DNA of 64,000 nucleotides, from NCBI GenBank assembly GCA_964057225.1, contig OZ059895.1, forward strand, positions 18,600,001 through 18,664,000, given 5' to 3'. Origin of the DNA: Auanema rhodensis. Its lineage: Eukaryota > Animalia > Nematoda. Below the pieces are notes generated by a model. The model was given only the letters and a program-made list of their open reading frames with translations. It did not search any database and was not told the origin of the DNA. Of the stretch, positions 42,378 to 53,858 are shown one piece after another; within the stretch, counting starts at the first letter, position 1; every line of letters starts with the position of its first letter. A program made the position numbers and the translations under genes.

Positions 42378-43393
42378 AGATAATTTTATATTTTCTCTAT
42401 TGTAAAGCTTTAAAATACCTTATATTCAAAATTACTTACATTGTGATTTCACTTTTCCCTTTTTTCGAAACACAAATCCTCCGGAGACACGTGTATTTTC
42501 ACTTCACTTTGGCTATCTTCTATTATTTCGTTCTCATATCTCCTGATATACCGGTAATTTGTCTTTTTCTTGTCTTTTGTTAATTCTATATCGCACTATC
42601 TTCCACTAATTTTCTTTATACCCTTGTTAAATGCAAAGCTTATAGCTTAATATTTGAAATTTGCAACATTTTTCTAATTTTTTTCTCAATAAGTCGTAGT
42701 AATAATTCTAACACTTAGTGCTTGTCTTACGTTGATTAATCTAGTCTTAATTTTTGATCAATACCTTGATGTTGTTGTCCAGCTCTACTTACAACAACCC
42801 AGTTTCTGCTTTTTCCTCATCAAGCTTAAGGTAGCGATCGTTCTAATATACAAAGTACTTTTAAAATTCTTTATCACTTAGTCAGTCTTATTTCAAATTT
42901 TTAGCTTGTTTTATTTCTTGCGCATTTTAACAGAGTGATTTTGAATTTGTTCTTCATTACGGGTTTCTAATTTTCATAATCAACTTGGCTCCAGGCATCA
43001 TGAGCTGGAACTGGAGCCTTGTTACTAGCTTGAAGATCTCAATTTCTGAAACTATAACAGCATAGTATTCGTGTTTTCTTTTCTCTTTGTATGCTTGCGG
43101 CCAGAAATTAGTTATTTGGCTAGGTTATGTTCATTCACATCGTAGGATTCCAGGATCACAGAAAATTTCTGTATCAGAGTTACTATTTCATTTTACTGTA
43201 AATATAATTCGAAGTATAAATATTAAACTGCTATATTATCGTTTTTATTTTTATACAATTGAAAAATAATACAATGTCATAAATATATATATTCATTACT
43301 AGTAAGATGCCCACGCGGATACGAGGGCTTAAAGCCTTGTGTCATGAGGCAGTAACTATAATCGAGCTGACATATGAAGCTGAGCAGCTTTAA

Positions 43394-45367
43394 TTATCGC
43401 GATTGATGGCTTAATCCCGTTTTTGCTAAGAATTGCTGGAATATATTCAGTCGTTTCGTAGAGAGTAAGGAATTTTCAAATGCAATTGGTTCAGTACACA
43501 TCATGTCCGTTGTTGATGTATTCGGATCTGAAAGACAATATTTTCAAATTTAAAATGAAGAGGGAAATACCTAAGAAATGCATCTCACAATGAGTTGACA
43601 TGGACGTTAATTCGAATGCCAAGAAAGTAGGAGAAATTGGAGCAAAGCGAGTAGAAGCCTAAACCACTTGATTGTCAATATTTTTAATTTTAGTGTCCAA
43701 AAAGACTTAGTCAAATACGTGAACTTTGGCAAACGTCTTCAGTGAAAACGTGAACTTTGGCAAACGCATTCAGTGAAAACGTGAACTTTCATAAACACCT
43801 CCAGGCCAAATATGACCTTTTGATTTATCATAGATTGTATTATAAGAAATTGAAAGAATGATGGAAAAAAGACTGAATCATCCCATTAAATAGCAATAAA
43901 AAAATTTAGAATGAGGAATGATTTCATTTAAAACAGAAATGTTGTTGCGTGTTCTCTTTGGTACTTTTACGAAGTTCGATTCGAAAAAAAAGAAAAAGAA
44001 AAAACATATGTCGGGGGGAATAGAATATATTTGTGAACTGACTTCAACAAAGCCACTGCGACCCTGTACGATAACTCCATGTTCAGTGCAGATGAGCTGA
44101 ACGGTCTCATCTCTTGTTAATCGAACTGTTATCTTTGGTTGTCTATAAGATATAAGGATAGCGTCAAAGCAATAAAAGCGAAACACATACTGTTGTATAG
44201 TAGACGATGGTCTATATAAGCTAAGATGTCTAGCTGAACAAGGATAGATTTCTAGTGTTGAACCGTAGGAAATTTTGCATATCCGCAAACATACTATTTC
44301 ATTCACAAAAACAGCTCTGGAAGGTATTCAAATAATTATAATGCCATGTTCCTGTTTCATCATTTACCTGTCTGTATATACAGTAGCAGGTGAATGTAGC
44401 TTTCCTTCAATAATTGCTTTAGAACGATCTAGAAAGTTAGGTTTTTAGAATCGTAAATCTGTGACATGTTCTTTCTTACTGATGGTAGCACGAGGATCGT
44501 GAAACTGCCGATCAAATCCTAAAACTGGTTGGTGTAATCCAACTCCCCCTGTCAAAAAAAGTGTACTTATAAGAAAAAACATTAAAGATTATGGTACCAG
44601 TGTTAAAATTTGCAATTTTTTTAAAACATTTAGTGGTTCTAGCCGTTTCAACCACGAAGGAATTCCACTGTGAATCATTGAAAGCTTAAAATATTGAGGG
44701 GTTATAAATATTTCTTATGATGAGTTCCGAAGAACCTTGTAGTTGAATGCTTAGTACTGCAGCATCCATCTTTACAGCGAGCCATCTCTGACGATCATAC
44801 GGACCATATAAAGCACTTATTCCCTAAATAAATGTTATTACTTCTCTCAGTTCTTTATTTTTGAACCTTAAGCTTTCCATCAATACCAAAATATACAAGT
44901 TTTTCTGAAGAATCATACATTAGAATTAGAATTGTTCCAACATGAATATCATAGCTAGGGACAAATATTTTAGAGTTGCAAAGATGGTACGTTGTTCTGT
45001 AAGTTGCAAGCTAATAACCGTCAACTAAGTAAGTTTCAAGCATACTTAGGTCTTATAGGCATAAACGCTGGATCTTCATCCGTAAAGCCAATTTCAAAAC
45101 GGCGACCATTATCTTTACCAACTTCAGCGATTTTTATACAAATAATTTCATTTTCCTTAACATCTCTATAAAATATAAAACAATATTTCAAATATGAAAG
45201 AAATGTTTGAAATAACCTTCGAGAAAACACCCAATTTGAGCCAAAACGGTGAAGATCTTTAAAAGCAATGCAGCTATCTGAACAAGTGAAAATAAAATAA
45301 TTTGATAAACTATCAAACCTCCTGTTATACGAATACTTCTGCCGTGTTCTAAATGAAATTGAGCCAT
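43394..45367 (-). CDS. Neuralized-homology-repeat (NHR) domain protein, probably two NHR repeats, no RING seen
   Basis: ATG at 45367 lies directly after an AG. It reads MAQFHLEHGRSIRITG|DSCIAFKDLHRFGSNWVFSRR|DVKENEIICIKIAEVGKDNGRRFEIGFTDEDP (NHR pattern FH..HG..I...VFS.R....E...I.I.......IG.T..DP). A second repeat has VYTDRAVFVNEIVCLRICKIS. The terminal exons end ...GLSHQSR* at 43394. Some internal exon boundaries are approximate. Confidence 0.7.
43717..43789. repeat. 31-bp minisatellite (~2.4 copies) in an intron of the NHR gene
   Basis: Unit ACGTGAACTTTGGCAAACG(TC/CA)TTCAGTGAAA, with copies starting at 43717, 43748 and 43779. Confidence 0.9.
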
Positions 45368-45680
45368 CTATACAAATGATCAAAAGGAAGAACAACTCAG
45401 TTCATGACGTCTTATCAAGCTTGAGAATACAACTACTGATAAGGGAAAGAAGGACACCACATAACAAATCGGTAAAGCCCTCTCTTACACTTCCATAAAC
45501 ATTTTTTAATAACAAAGATATAACATCACAATTCTGAAGAAAAAAAGAAAACATTTCCTAAACAAAATTTTTATTTATATTGTGATTAACAAAGCGTAGA
45601 GAATAAATAGAAAATTATTAAAAAAACGAAAGAAACAAACTGGACTAGACCTAAAAACAAAACAAAAATTAGCAAAAAAT

Positions 45681-46100
45681 CTAATAGCCAACACTAGGTG
45701 GTGGACTATCACTTATACTATATATTCTAGATGTATAATAGTCATTCAAAACTTTTTCTTTTAGGCGTAATTCAGTTGAAAGTTCTCCCTTTGATTTCAT
45801 TTGACTCCAACCAAATCTATTCAATGGATGATCTGGTCCTTTCCACCACCTGATAACTGACTTTTAATAATATTAATATCAAAGTTACTAAATACCTAAC
45901 AATGCCATTATACGCTACAAGATATACACTCACACCTAAAATGAAAGCAGGAACTGTTCGGTATTTAGGTATTCTCAATAGATGTAATAATCTGAAATTT
46001 TAGCTTAATCACCAAGAAATGATAGAATATACAACTACCTAAGTTTCAAATTTGATTGTCCTGTCTTTTTAGGCTCAAATTTGTCTCTTTCTTCAGTCAT
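45681..46100 (-). CDS. Small 108-aa single-pass membrane protein, 3 exons, unknown function
   Basis: Exons 46100-46039, from 45991 and ending at 45681 join in frame through canonical GT-AG introns: MTEERDKFEPKKTGQSNLKLRLLHLLRIPKYRTVPAFILGVSVYLVAYNGIVRWWKGPDHPLNRFGWSQMKSKGELSTELRLKEKVLNDYYTSRIYSISDSPPPSVGY*. It is absent from the ORF track. Confidence 0.75.
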
Positions 46101-46370
46101 ATCTTTAATCAAAACATCAAACTTTAGATAGGAAGACGAACGAGTGAAAATATGATGAATTAAACATTTCCATCCGAGAATTCATATAGTTATTACTTAA
46201 CACGTTTATTTTATTTTAAACTTTATAATACAAAGCCAATCGATAGATGCTCCATCGTAGTATATTACTTTTGTTACAAACAAGTAATATTAAGGGTAAG
46301 TCGTACTATAATACATTTTTCATTTGTTAAAAGAAAAAAACCATGAAAACTATCAACAGCAACTGAAATA

Positions 46371-49300
46371 TTAGAATCCAAGGAATCGACTAGTTCCTTT
46401 GGTGGGGTTTGAAGCTGGAGAATTCCATTTTCCTGAGGAGGCTCTTCTGCGAGATTTCTTTCTTTCCATTTTACCGAAAACAAGCTCAATTTCTGGCTGA
46501 AATGGGAAACATTAAAAATTTACAAAAAAACATTACTTACGGCAGGCATAAAACCAAACATAACAGTTCTATCAAGAGTGGGATCAAATTGCTCTACGCC
46601 TATCTTTTTAAGACTGCTCCAACTGGCCCACTCTGGGACGGCTTTACGGGGTTCATCCTGCAAAAAACAATAAAGTTGAATTACTGTGTATCTATCTCAC
46701 TTCACAATCAGTTTCGTCCCCACTGGATAAATCCTCAATGTTATAGTTATCTTTAGATGACGGCAAGAAGACTTTATCTGGAGTCATTTCATACATATCG
46801 CTATTGGGCAAAAGCTTGTTTTTAGGTTTAGGTGTTTCGAGGCAACGATTCTCTTTTTCCTGCTCCTTCAAAAGCCGACGCTGCTTTTCCTCCTTCTTGC
46901 GAAGCTCTTCTAATTTCTGAGCTTCTTCTTGTTGCTTCTTCTTCAGAAGCTCTTGCTCCCTTCGTTTCCTTTCTTTCTCTTCTTCAGCTTGTCGTCTTCT
47001 TTGTTCTTCTTCAACTTGTCTTCTTCTCTCTTCTTCTACTTCCCGTCTCAATTTTTCTTCATCTCTTCGCCTTTTTTCAGCTCTTTCAGCTTCTTGTCTT
47101 TGGAATTCTTCTTCCTTAAGTTTAGCCTCCCTTCTTTCCTGTATTAGTCGTTCCTGTTCGATTTCCCGACGTTCTTCTTCCTCAGCTTCTGCGCGTCTAA
47201 GAGCAGCGTCTCTTTCCATGCGCCTACTTTGCTCTTCTAGAAGCATTCTCATTCTAAAAGTATTAATATAGTTTTCAAATCGTAATTATAATTCTTACTG
47301 TGATTCATGATCAACAGATTGAGCAATAGCTGGCTTTTGGGGTTTGTTCTCATTTGAATTTGATCTTCTCTCAATTTTAGATACAATCTTACGCTTAACT
47401 TCACGAGCAGGCTTAACAACATAACTGATTGACTAAGCTAATAAACTAAAATCATACCGATGCGAAATATTCTCCCTTTGCTGTTTCACCACCTGCATGC
47501 ATTAGCTTGGATGCTTTTGAGGCAGCTCTACCAGGAGTACGATTAGAGCTTGGCGTATCAGCAAATAACTAAAATGAAAAAATAGAAAATATTTTTTTTA
47601 TTTGTTTCACCTGAGGATGGCAGGCTTTTGGAGTAAATACAGCAGGACGTGGTACTCGTGAAGGACTAGCAACTCGAGATGATGGATTAGTTCTTCTGAA
47701 ATATGATTATTGTCTGATTCTTGAACATAGTGACATACGCAGGGCTTTTGATCTTGCTCTTAAGAATTCTTTCCCTTTCCTCGTCCTTTTGACGTTTTTT
47801 TTCCATTCGCTCTCGCTCTTTAGCTTCTTGTTCCTCACGATTTCGTTGAACCTAAAGAATATAAAACTAAGCAGAATATTCATCAGATCACTTACACGAA
47901 GTATTTTCTCTTCATTAGCACGCTTAATGCGTTCAGATTGTTCTTTAACTCTATTATTTTTGTTTTGCTGTGCTATTTCTACTCGTCTTTGCTGTTGTTG
48001 CAGTTTTTGATCAAGGTCTTGGAGTTTGTTAACTTCATGCTGTAAAGATATCTACATTATTTTACATAACTTGGTAAAAACTTACCGGCCTAGCAATATA
48101 AGTTCTGATTTGCTTGGGCTCTGCTACAGGGGCAGCTGTTCTATTACGTAAACGATCCTAAATTTATCAATTAAAACAATTTGAATTATGAACTGCAAAC
48201 CTGAGTTGTAATAATTCTCTGAACTTGTTCCCTTCGTTCAGGTTTAGTAGGAGTATTAACAATATGTTTATGAGGAGACAAGGCTCGGGCAAGCTCAGGT
48301 ACACGAACAGCCCTAAAGTGTTCAAGCATATAAACAAAATTATAAAAGAGAAAATACCGTTCATTCCGGCCGGCTGAGGCTCTTTCTTCGGGCTCCTCGC
48401 GAGCAACTGTTGCTGGAGTTTTCGACGCCTTTTTAACCTGAAATAGTTTAAATACACATCAGCTGATAATCGCAAATATGTTACACGTAAAGTTCTAGTT
48501 TTCTTTGGGGAAGCTGTTGTTGGCGACACAGGTTCTTCTTTAGGCTAAATTGAGAAAATCAAAAAAAATACTCGTAAAAAATCAGTACCTTAACCAGCTT
48601 TTGCCTGGATTGAGATCGAGTACTGGGTGGACTAATAGGTTCTTCCTGTAATTTTCCTTTTACTATATAACAAAATTCGAACATTATACCTTAATAACAG
48701 GGTTATCAATGATATCTTCGTTTACAACGGGAGCCTCTACTTCAGGGACAGGTGACGACGGATTTTCACTCTGAAAAAACTATATATAACAAAATAATTT
48801 AAAACTGCATACAGTTTCCACTTCAGATTCGGGAAACAGGGAGACTGGAGCTCGCTTAGCCTACAAAATATAAATTTTGAAAAACTTTTTAATATGATCA
48901 AAAATAAAAAAAACTCACTTGATCATGATCAGTCACATGTTCATCATCAGATAGATTACTAAAAACATGATCATAAATACAATAGTATTTATAAAAATAT
49001 ATTTTACCTATCATCTTTAATCAATAATTCGTCAAATAAATGAATAGTTCGAGCAATACTTGCTAGGGCACCTAATCTAGGTTTAGGGGTTTTAGGAACA
49101 GTAGTCTCTCTGAAAAAACATTATTTTTTCTAAACATATTATTATCAAACTCACGCCTCAGCTGCTAATTTTTTTAATGTAGCTTTTCTAGCAATAACGA
49201 GCTCACAAACCGATTTAAATTCAGCTCCAAACTGTGCTGCAGCACGAGCTCTGATTAAAGCTAATTCCTATAAATTAGAAGAGTATTACTCAAACAAAAT

Positions 49301-49432
49301 AAATAAACAAACAGGTAAAAATGAAGAAAAATCTGAAACGGTTATGCTTATAGCTCCATCAATGGGTTCAACAGGATAATTTCCCTTTTTTCTTCTTGAA
49401 TCCCCCTTGATATTCTTACGACTCGGAGGCAT
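46371..49432 (-). CDS. icp-1: INCENP, chromosomal passenger complex scaffold
   Basis: Starts MPPSRKNIKG. A basic S/T-P-rich middle is followed by a long E/R/K single alpha helix (ORF 46692-47252). The C-terminal IN-box reads YEMTPDK...NYNIEDLSSGDETDCEDEPRKAVPEWA...RRRASSGKWNSP...GF*. Confidence 0.9.
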
Positions 49433-49866
49433 TACACTGTAATCACGAATTATTTAAATGAAACAAGTTTAAAAGAATGATATAATAAAATCTAATGTTA
49501 ATCAAGTATACTTATACAAAAAAAAGAATATTTATTAACTTAAAGTCTAAGCAAAGCAGCCCAGCTATGCTATAATTTCAAAAACAAAAAAGGCGGCAAA
49601 CGCTACAGTATGCCAAGCTAGGCCCCTACTTAGGGGTCAGTAGAGTATGTGAAGGTTTGCCTTATATAAATGACCATTTGACCACTAAATTATGCATTTT
49701 TATGATATTTGCCCCGGTTATTTTGAATATTGATTAAAATTATGCTAATTCCTAGAGTTTTTTTACTTGTTTTAATGTAATCAACAATTTTTAACATCAT
49801 TTTATGAGTATACTTAAATGACAATTGAAACATAAATGCCTTTTAGTAATAGTCCTTTTGAACTCA

Positions 49867-51102
49867 TTAACTTACTGTTTCAGCGTTAACATTTAGTTCA
49901 CTTCCTAGAGTTACAAGAATCCTTTTGTGGTCTGAAAAATCATCATGTTTAGATCTACTTATTGAAGACATCTATACCTTTCTCAATTACTAAGTTAGTT
50001 AAACAATCTCTAGCACTGATATCAACTATAGGATACTCGATATCAATTGGTACAGGCAATATCTCAATTTCTTCCTGAAAATTTCGTTATTGCAATAAAG
50101 AAAGAATTGAATTGTTGACCTGTTCTGGTCCTAACTGTTTCATGTTATTCCAGCCCCATACATAGGCGTCGTTAGAATCTGAAATTTTTTTGTTTCTTAT
50201 TAATTAAAATAAGTTAAATTTTTTTACCAGTTAAGACGACTGAGTGCCAACCTCCAGCGGCAATTTTCTCTATTTTTAATCCTTCAAATACTGATATACA
50301 TTCTGCTTCTGTTGTCGATCTAGTGCTCCCCAGTCCTAGTTCACCGTGACTAGAAATTACATAACAATAGTTTAAGCAACGAAGATTTAAATACTTTCCG
50401 GATCCAAAAGTATACACAGATCCTGTATTAGATAATAGTAATGTATGACTATATCCAGATCGCGACTAAAAATAATTGGTGAAAAAGAAAATGTTAATTG
50501 TAATGCTGTTTACCATAATGATGTTTTCATTAAATGGAAACTGAATAATAGAAATGCTGAAAGTTCCTGAATTTGATAAATCCACATCATTGAACAATCT
50601 AACAATCATAGTTATCCTTTCTCAATATGTAAACTGATATACCTAGTTATTGTACTTTCCTTGTTAGAAGATGTAATCAAATAAGTTGTCGTTGTAGTTG
50701 ATGTAAGCATCGAATGTTTCAACCATGATTGTTCTTCCTTTAATCAAAACAAATTAGAGATAATAGTTTTAAAAATACTTCGGAGAACGAAACATGTTTT
50801 TTCAAAAGCACGGGCTTGAATGTTTCGAAGCTTAATGATTTGATAGAGGACTTATATGCTAGCTGAAATCAAAAGAATATAATTGTTTATGCTATACAAA
50901 TTTATACCTCCGGATAATCTAAACGAAATACATAAAGATAGCTTTCAGAACGTATTGTTAAGTAATTGTGGGAACAGCAGAAATCAAGAATAAGTTCAGG
51001 CAATTTTATTTGCCAAAGTTTTTTACATATTTTATAATGAATTTCTAGTATATGAGAAGACATGTGAATCTTTATATGTCCGAACCAAAACTCTTCGAAC
51101 AT
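49867..51102 (-). CDS. RCC1-repeat protein (RCCD1-like)
   Basis: RCC1 repeats: SGYSHTLLLSNTGSVYTFGSG..HGELGLG and KIEKIAAGGWHSVVLT|DSNDAYVWGWNNMKQLG. ATG 51102 follows a TTTTCAG acceptor. The 3' end is uncertain because a GTAAGT donor just before the stop could add another exon. Confidence 0.75.
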
Positions 51103-51355
51103 TTTTACAATAAGAATTTATCTGAAAATTGAATAGAATGAACATATACATAAACATAAATATTAATAAACTATATTAGAAATTAATAAATTTAAGTATA
51201 TTTACAATATACTTTTAATTCAAATTCAACATACATATTAAAAACGAAATACATTAATTTATTAAAGAAGAGGCCTAAATCAAGAAGCAAAATTAAAATT
51301 GCTTCAGGCTAATCTTGGTCGAGTTGAATTTTTTCCTATTGGAAAAGCGTGTCGG

Positions 51356-51374
51356 CATTGCAAAAAGGGCGTGG
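51356..51374. promoter_or_regulatory. Second identical copy of the 19-bp element, ~250 bp upstream of the RCC1-repeat gene
   Basis: Exact match to 54669-54687. Confidence 0.55.
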
Positions 51375-51517
51375 CAAGAATACCTTTGTATTTCCTAACT
51401 CGAAATTTAAAAGAGAAAACTTTTCTACAAAAATGATAAAAATATATAACATTTCAGATGTATAATAGCTAAAGAATCCTGAGAAAATGTCTTTATAGGG
51501 TGAATCCGCTGAAGATA

Positions 51518-53757
51518 TTACTGTGATACTTTTTCCTGTAGTTCAATTTCTCGGAATAATTCCTCCATAATATAAACGTAGAATCTCTAAAAACTTGTCT
51601 GTAGAAAATATTAGTTGAAAAAACACTCACAGTATTCATCGTACCTAGGTGTGCAGCAATTCTCTCAATACCATAAATCCTTTGAATACTCTTTAAATAT
51701 TCTGAAGGATCGCGTCTAGAAAACTTGGTGTATGCTAATTTCAAGTTTAGTGTTCTGGCATTTTCAGAAATAGGCTGAAAGTAAAGCATAATATAAAATT
51801 AAAAATCATTAACAAACCGTATTTTCAACTTTCGAAGGTTTTTCATATTTCTCAAAATTACTAAATATCAATTTTTTTTGAATATAACAAGTATTTGCTT
51901 ACGCAGTGATAAAATCGTATTCTGCTCCTTTAAAGATGGGACTTAAGTCACGAGCAGCATTGAGAAGAGAAATAAAATCTTTTTTAAATTCTTCCAGCTT
52001 GTCTTTAATCTTTGCTTCAGTAGAATTGCTAACAGATATATAGAATATTTCCCTCCTAATCAATGCATTCATCCCTAATGTGTCGTCCATTCGTTGATCA
52101 ATCATATCCAATAACTCTTCAGTAAATTGTCTTTTGTACTAGAACTTTATTAAAAATACATAAGTTTTTCAAGCCTACCTCATGTATACTTTCATAAACA
52201 ACAGGCATATCGTCTCCTGGAAATTAATAAGAGCATTATAAATTGTCAAATCGGACTTACTGGTAATTTGGGAACATGGAAAACTTCCGGATTCAAAATT
52301 CAGACCTTGTCCATCTAAAAGGAGATGGATGTTTGCAGGGGAGAACATGTAATCTAACCTTGCACATTTTGGGTTTGAGACATATCCCTAACTAACTCCG
52401 CCGGTTGAGACTGTTGTAGTGCTATATCCTCTTCAACATCATTATCTTGGGATGCACGATTGTCATTAGTTTGTTGACCTTTTGAAATTATTTCAATATC
52501 TTTTGGATGGCGGTTTTCAGTGTTTTCCAAATCGACAAGTTGTTCATGTTCTTCAGTTACTTTAGTAGCATCGGTTCGGCCTTCAACATGTTCTCCATCA
52601 ATTTTAGACAGGGTCTCAGGTGGCTCTGTCGGAAAACACTCTCCAAACACAATATTATTTTCTTCAATTTGATCATCAGCCGCTTCTACCACAGTAGGTT
52701 CCTTTTCAGTTTCAGCCGTACTTGTTTCTTTCGCATTATCTCTCGTTTCAATGATCTTCGGAGAAGAGTCATCAGAATCTTCCTGTATTATATATTCATC
52801 TTCTGAATCGCTCCAAATAGAACGTTCTGGTTTTGGAAGAAGCGTATTGCCATTTGAAATAAGCGGGCTCAATTCACTTTCGTTATCAAGTTCTGGTAGA
52901 GGGGAAGATCTTGGCTCAGTTGTTAGAGAATCTGTTGAAAACTGTCGAGAGTACGGTCTGACTCTTTTCTATAACATACTCAGTAACAATTTTTAAAAAG
53001 GTATTAGATACTCTGTTCATTTCCGTTATTTCCTGCTTCATCTCACACCGACGTTGAGGTAATATTTTCTTAACATTGTCTGTAAGATATAAAATGAAAA
53101 TATGTACATATTTGAATTTCAAACCATTCGAATTACAAATAATTATTTTTTTCTTAGGTGGAGACTCTATTGAAGAATTAATTGCCGATTCAGAACGCAC
53201 CGTCGTATTGGAAGAAACATCCACCTTCAGATTCCCTTCCATACCTTCAAGTAATTTAAGTTTAAATTATATAATATATCTCTAACTTCTTCTTTTAGCT
53301 TTCAATTTTTTGAAAATATCCATTTTTCCCTTTTTTTGGCAACGATATCGGAAACTAAAATTCTTCTTTATTAACATTGTAAACTTTTTTTTCTAACACT
53401 GAATCATCAAAAAAGGCCAGATCAAGCTCATTGTGAATATACAAAATATCTTCTAAGGGCAGGTCAGCCTTTGCTAACAGCGGTAGTAATTGTTTCCGGT
53501 AGCTGGAGAAACGAACACACTGTGATACATGTATCTAATTTAACTTACTGAGACGAAAAATTAGTTGCAGTTCTTGAGCTATCAATTGTATCGACAAAAC
53601 GTTGCCAAAGGGCATTACCTTTTAAAGCCTTTTCTCCTTTCTTTAAACAACTAAGAGAAAATTAATACTAACACCATGATGAGTCAAATATTTACTCTAT
53701 TACATATTGCCACATTCGTCTATCATCTTCAGGGGTATATTTACAACGGCTTTGCAT
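51518..53757 (-). CDS. Protein with an N-terminal RAP1-like Myb / nematode SPK domain, acidic disordered middle and helical C-terminal region
   Basis: ATG 53757 is 31 nt after a TTTCAG and has an in-frame upstream stop. It reads MQSRCKYTPEDDRRMWQYVID|CLKKGEKALKGNALWQRFVDTIDSSRTATNFSSH|YRKQLLPLLAKADLPLEDILYIHNELDLAFFDD. Acidic exons lie at 52.35-53.24 kb and the gene ends ...MEELFREIELQEKVSQ* at 51518. Confidence 0.75.
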
Positions 53758-53858
53758 AACTTAGTAGTTTTAGTTTTATATCTTCCTCCTGAAATATTCG
53801 TTAATATTCGTAAATGAATCTTAACTTGGCATTTAAATATATACCGTGTACACAAAAA

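Noticed and set aside
42987-43018. GGCTCCAG...CTGGAGCC stem 3' of smp-1; similar 10-bp stem at ~39558-39601
   Set aside because: Isolated 8-10 bp stems are expected by chance in 64 kb.
49617-49640. GGCCCCT/AGGGGTC hairpin next to CTAG (Helitron 3' end-like)
   Set aside because: Hairpin-to-CTRR spacing is wrong and no element body is visible.
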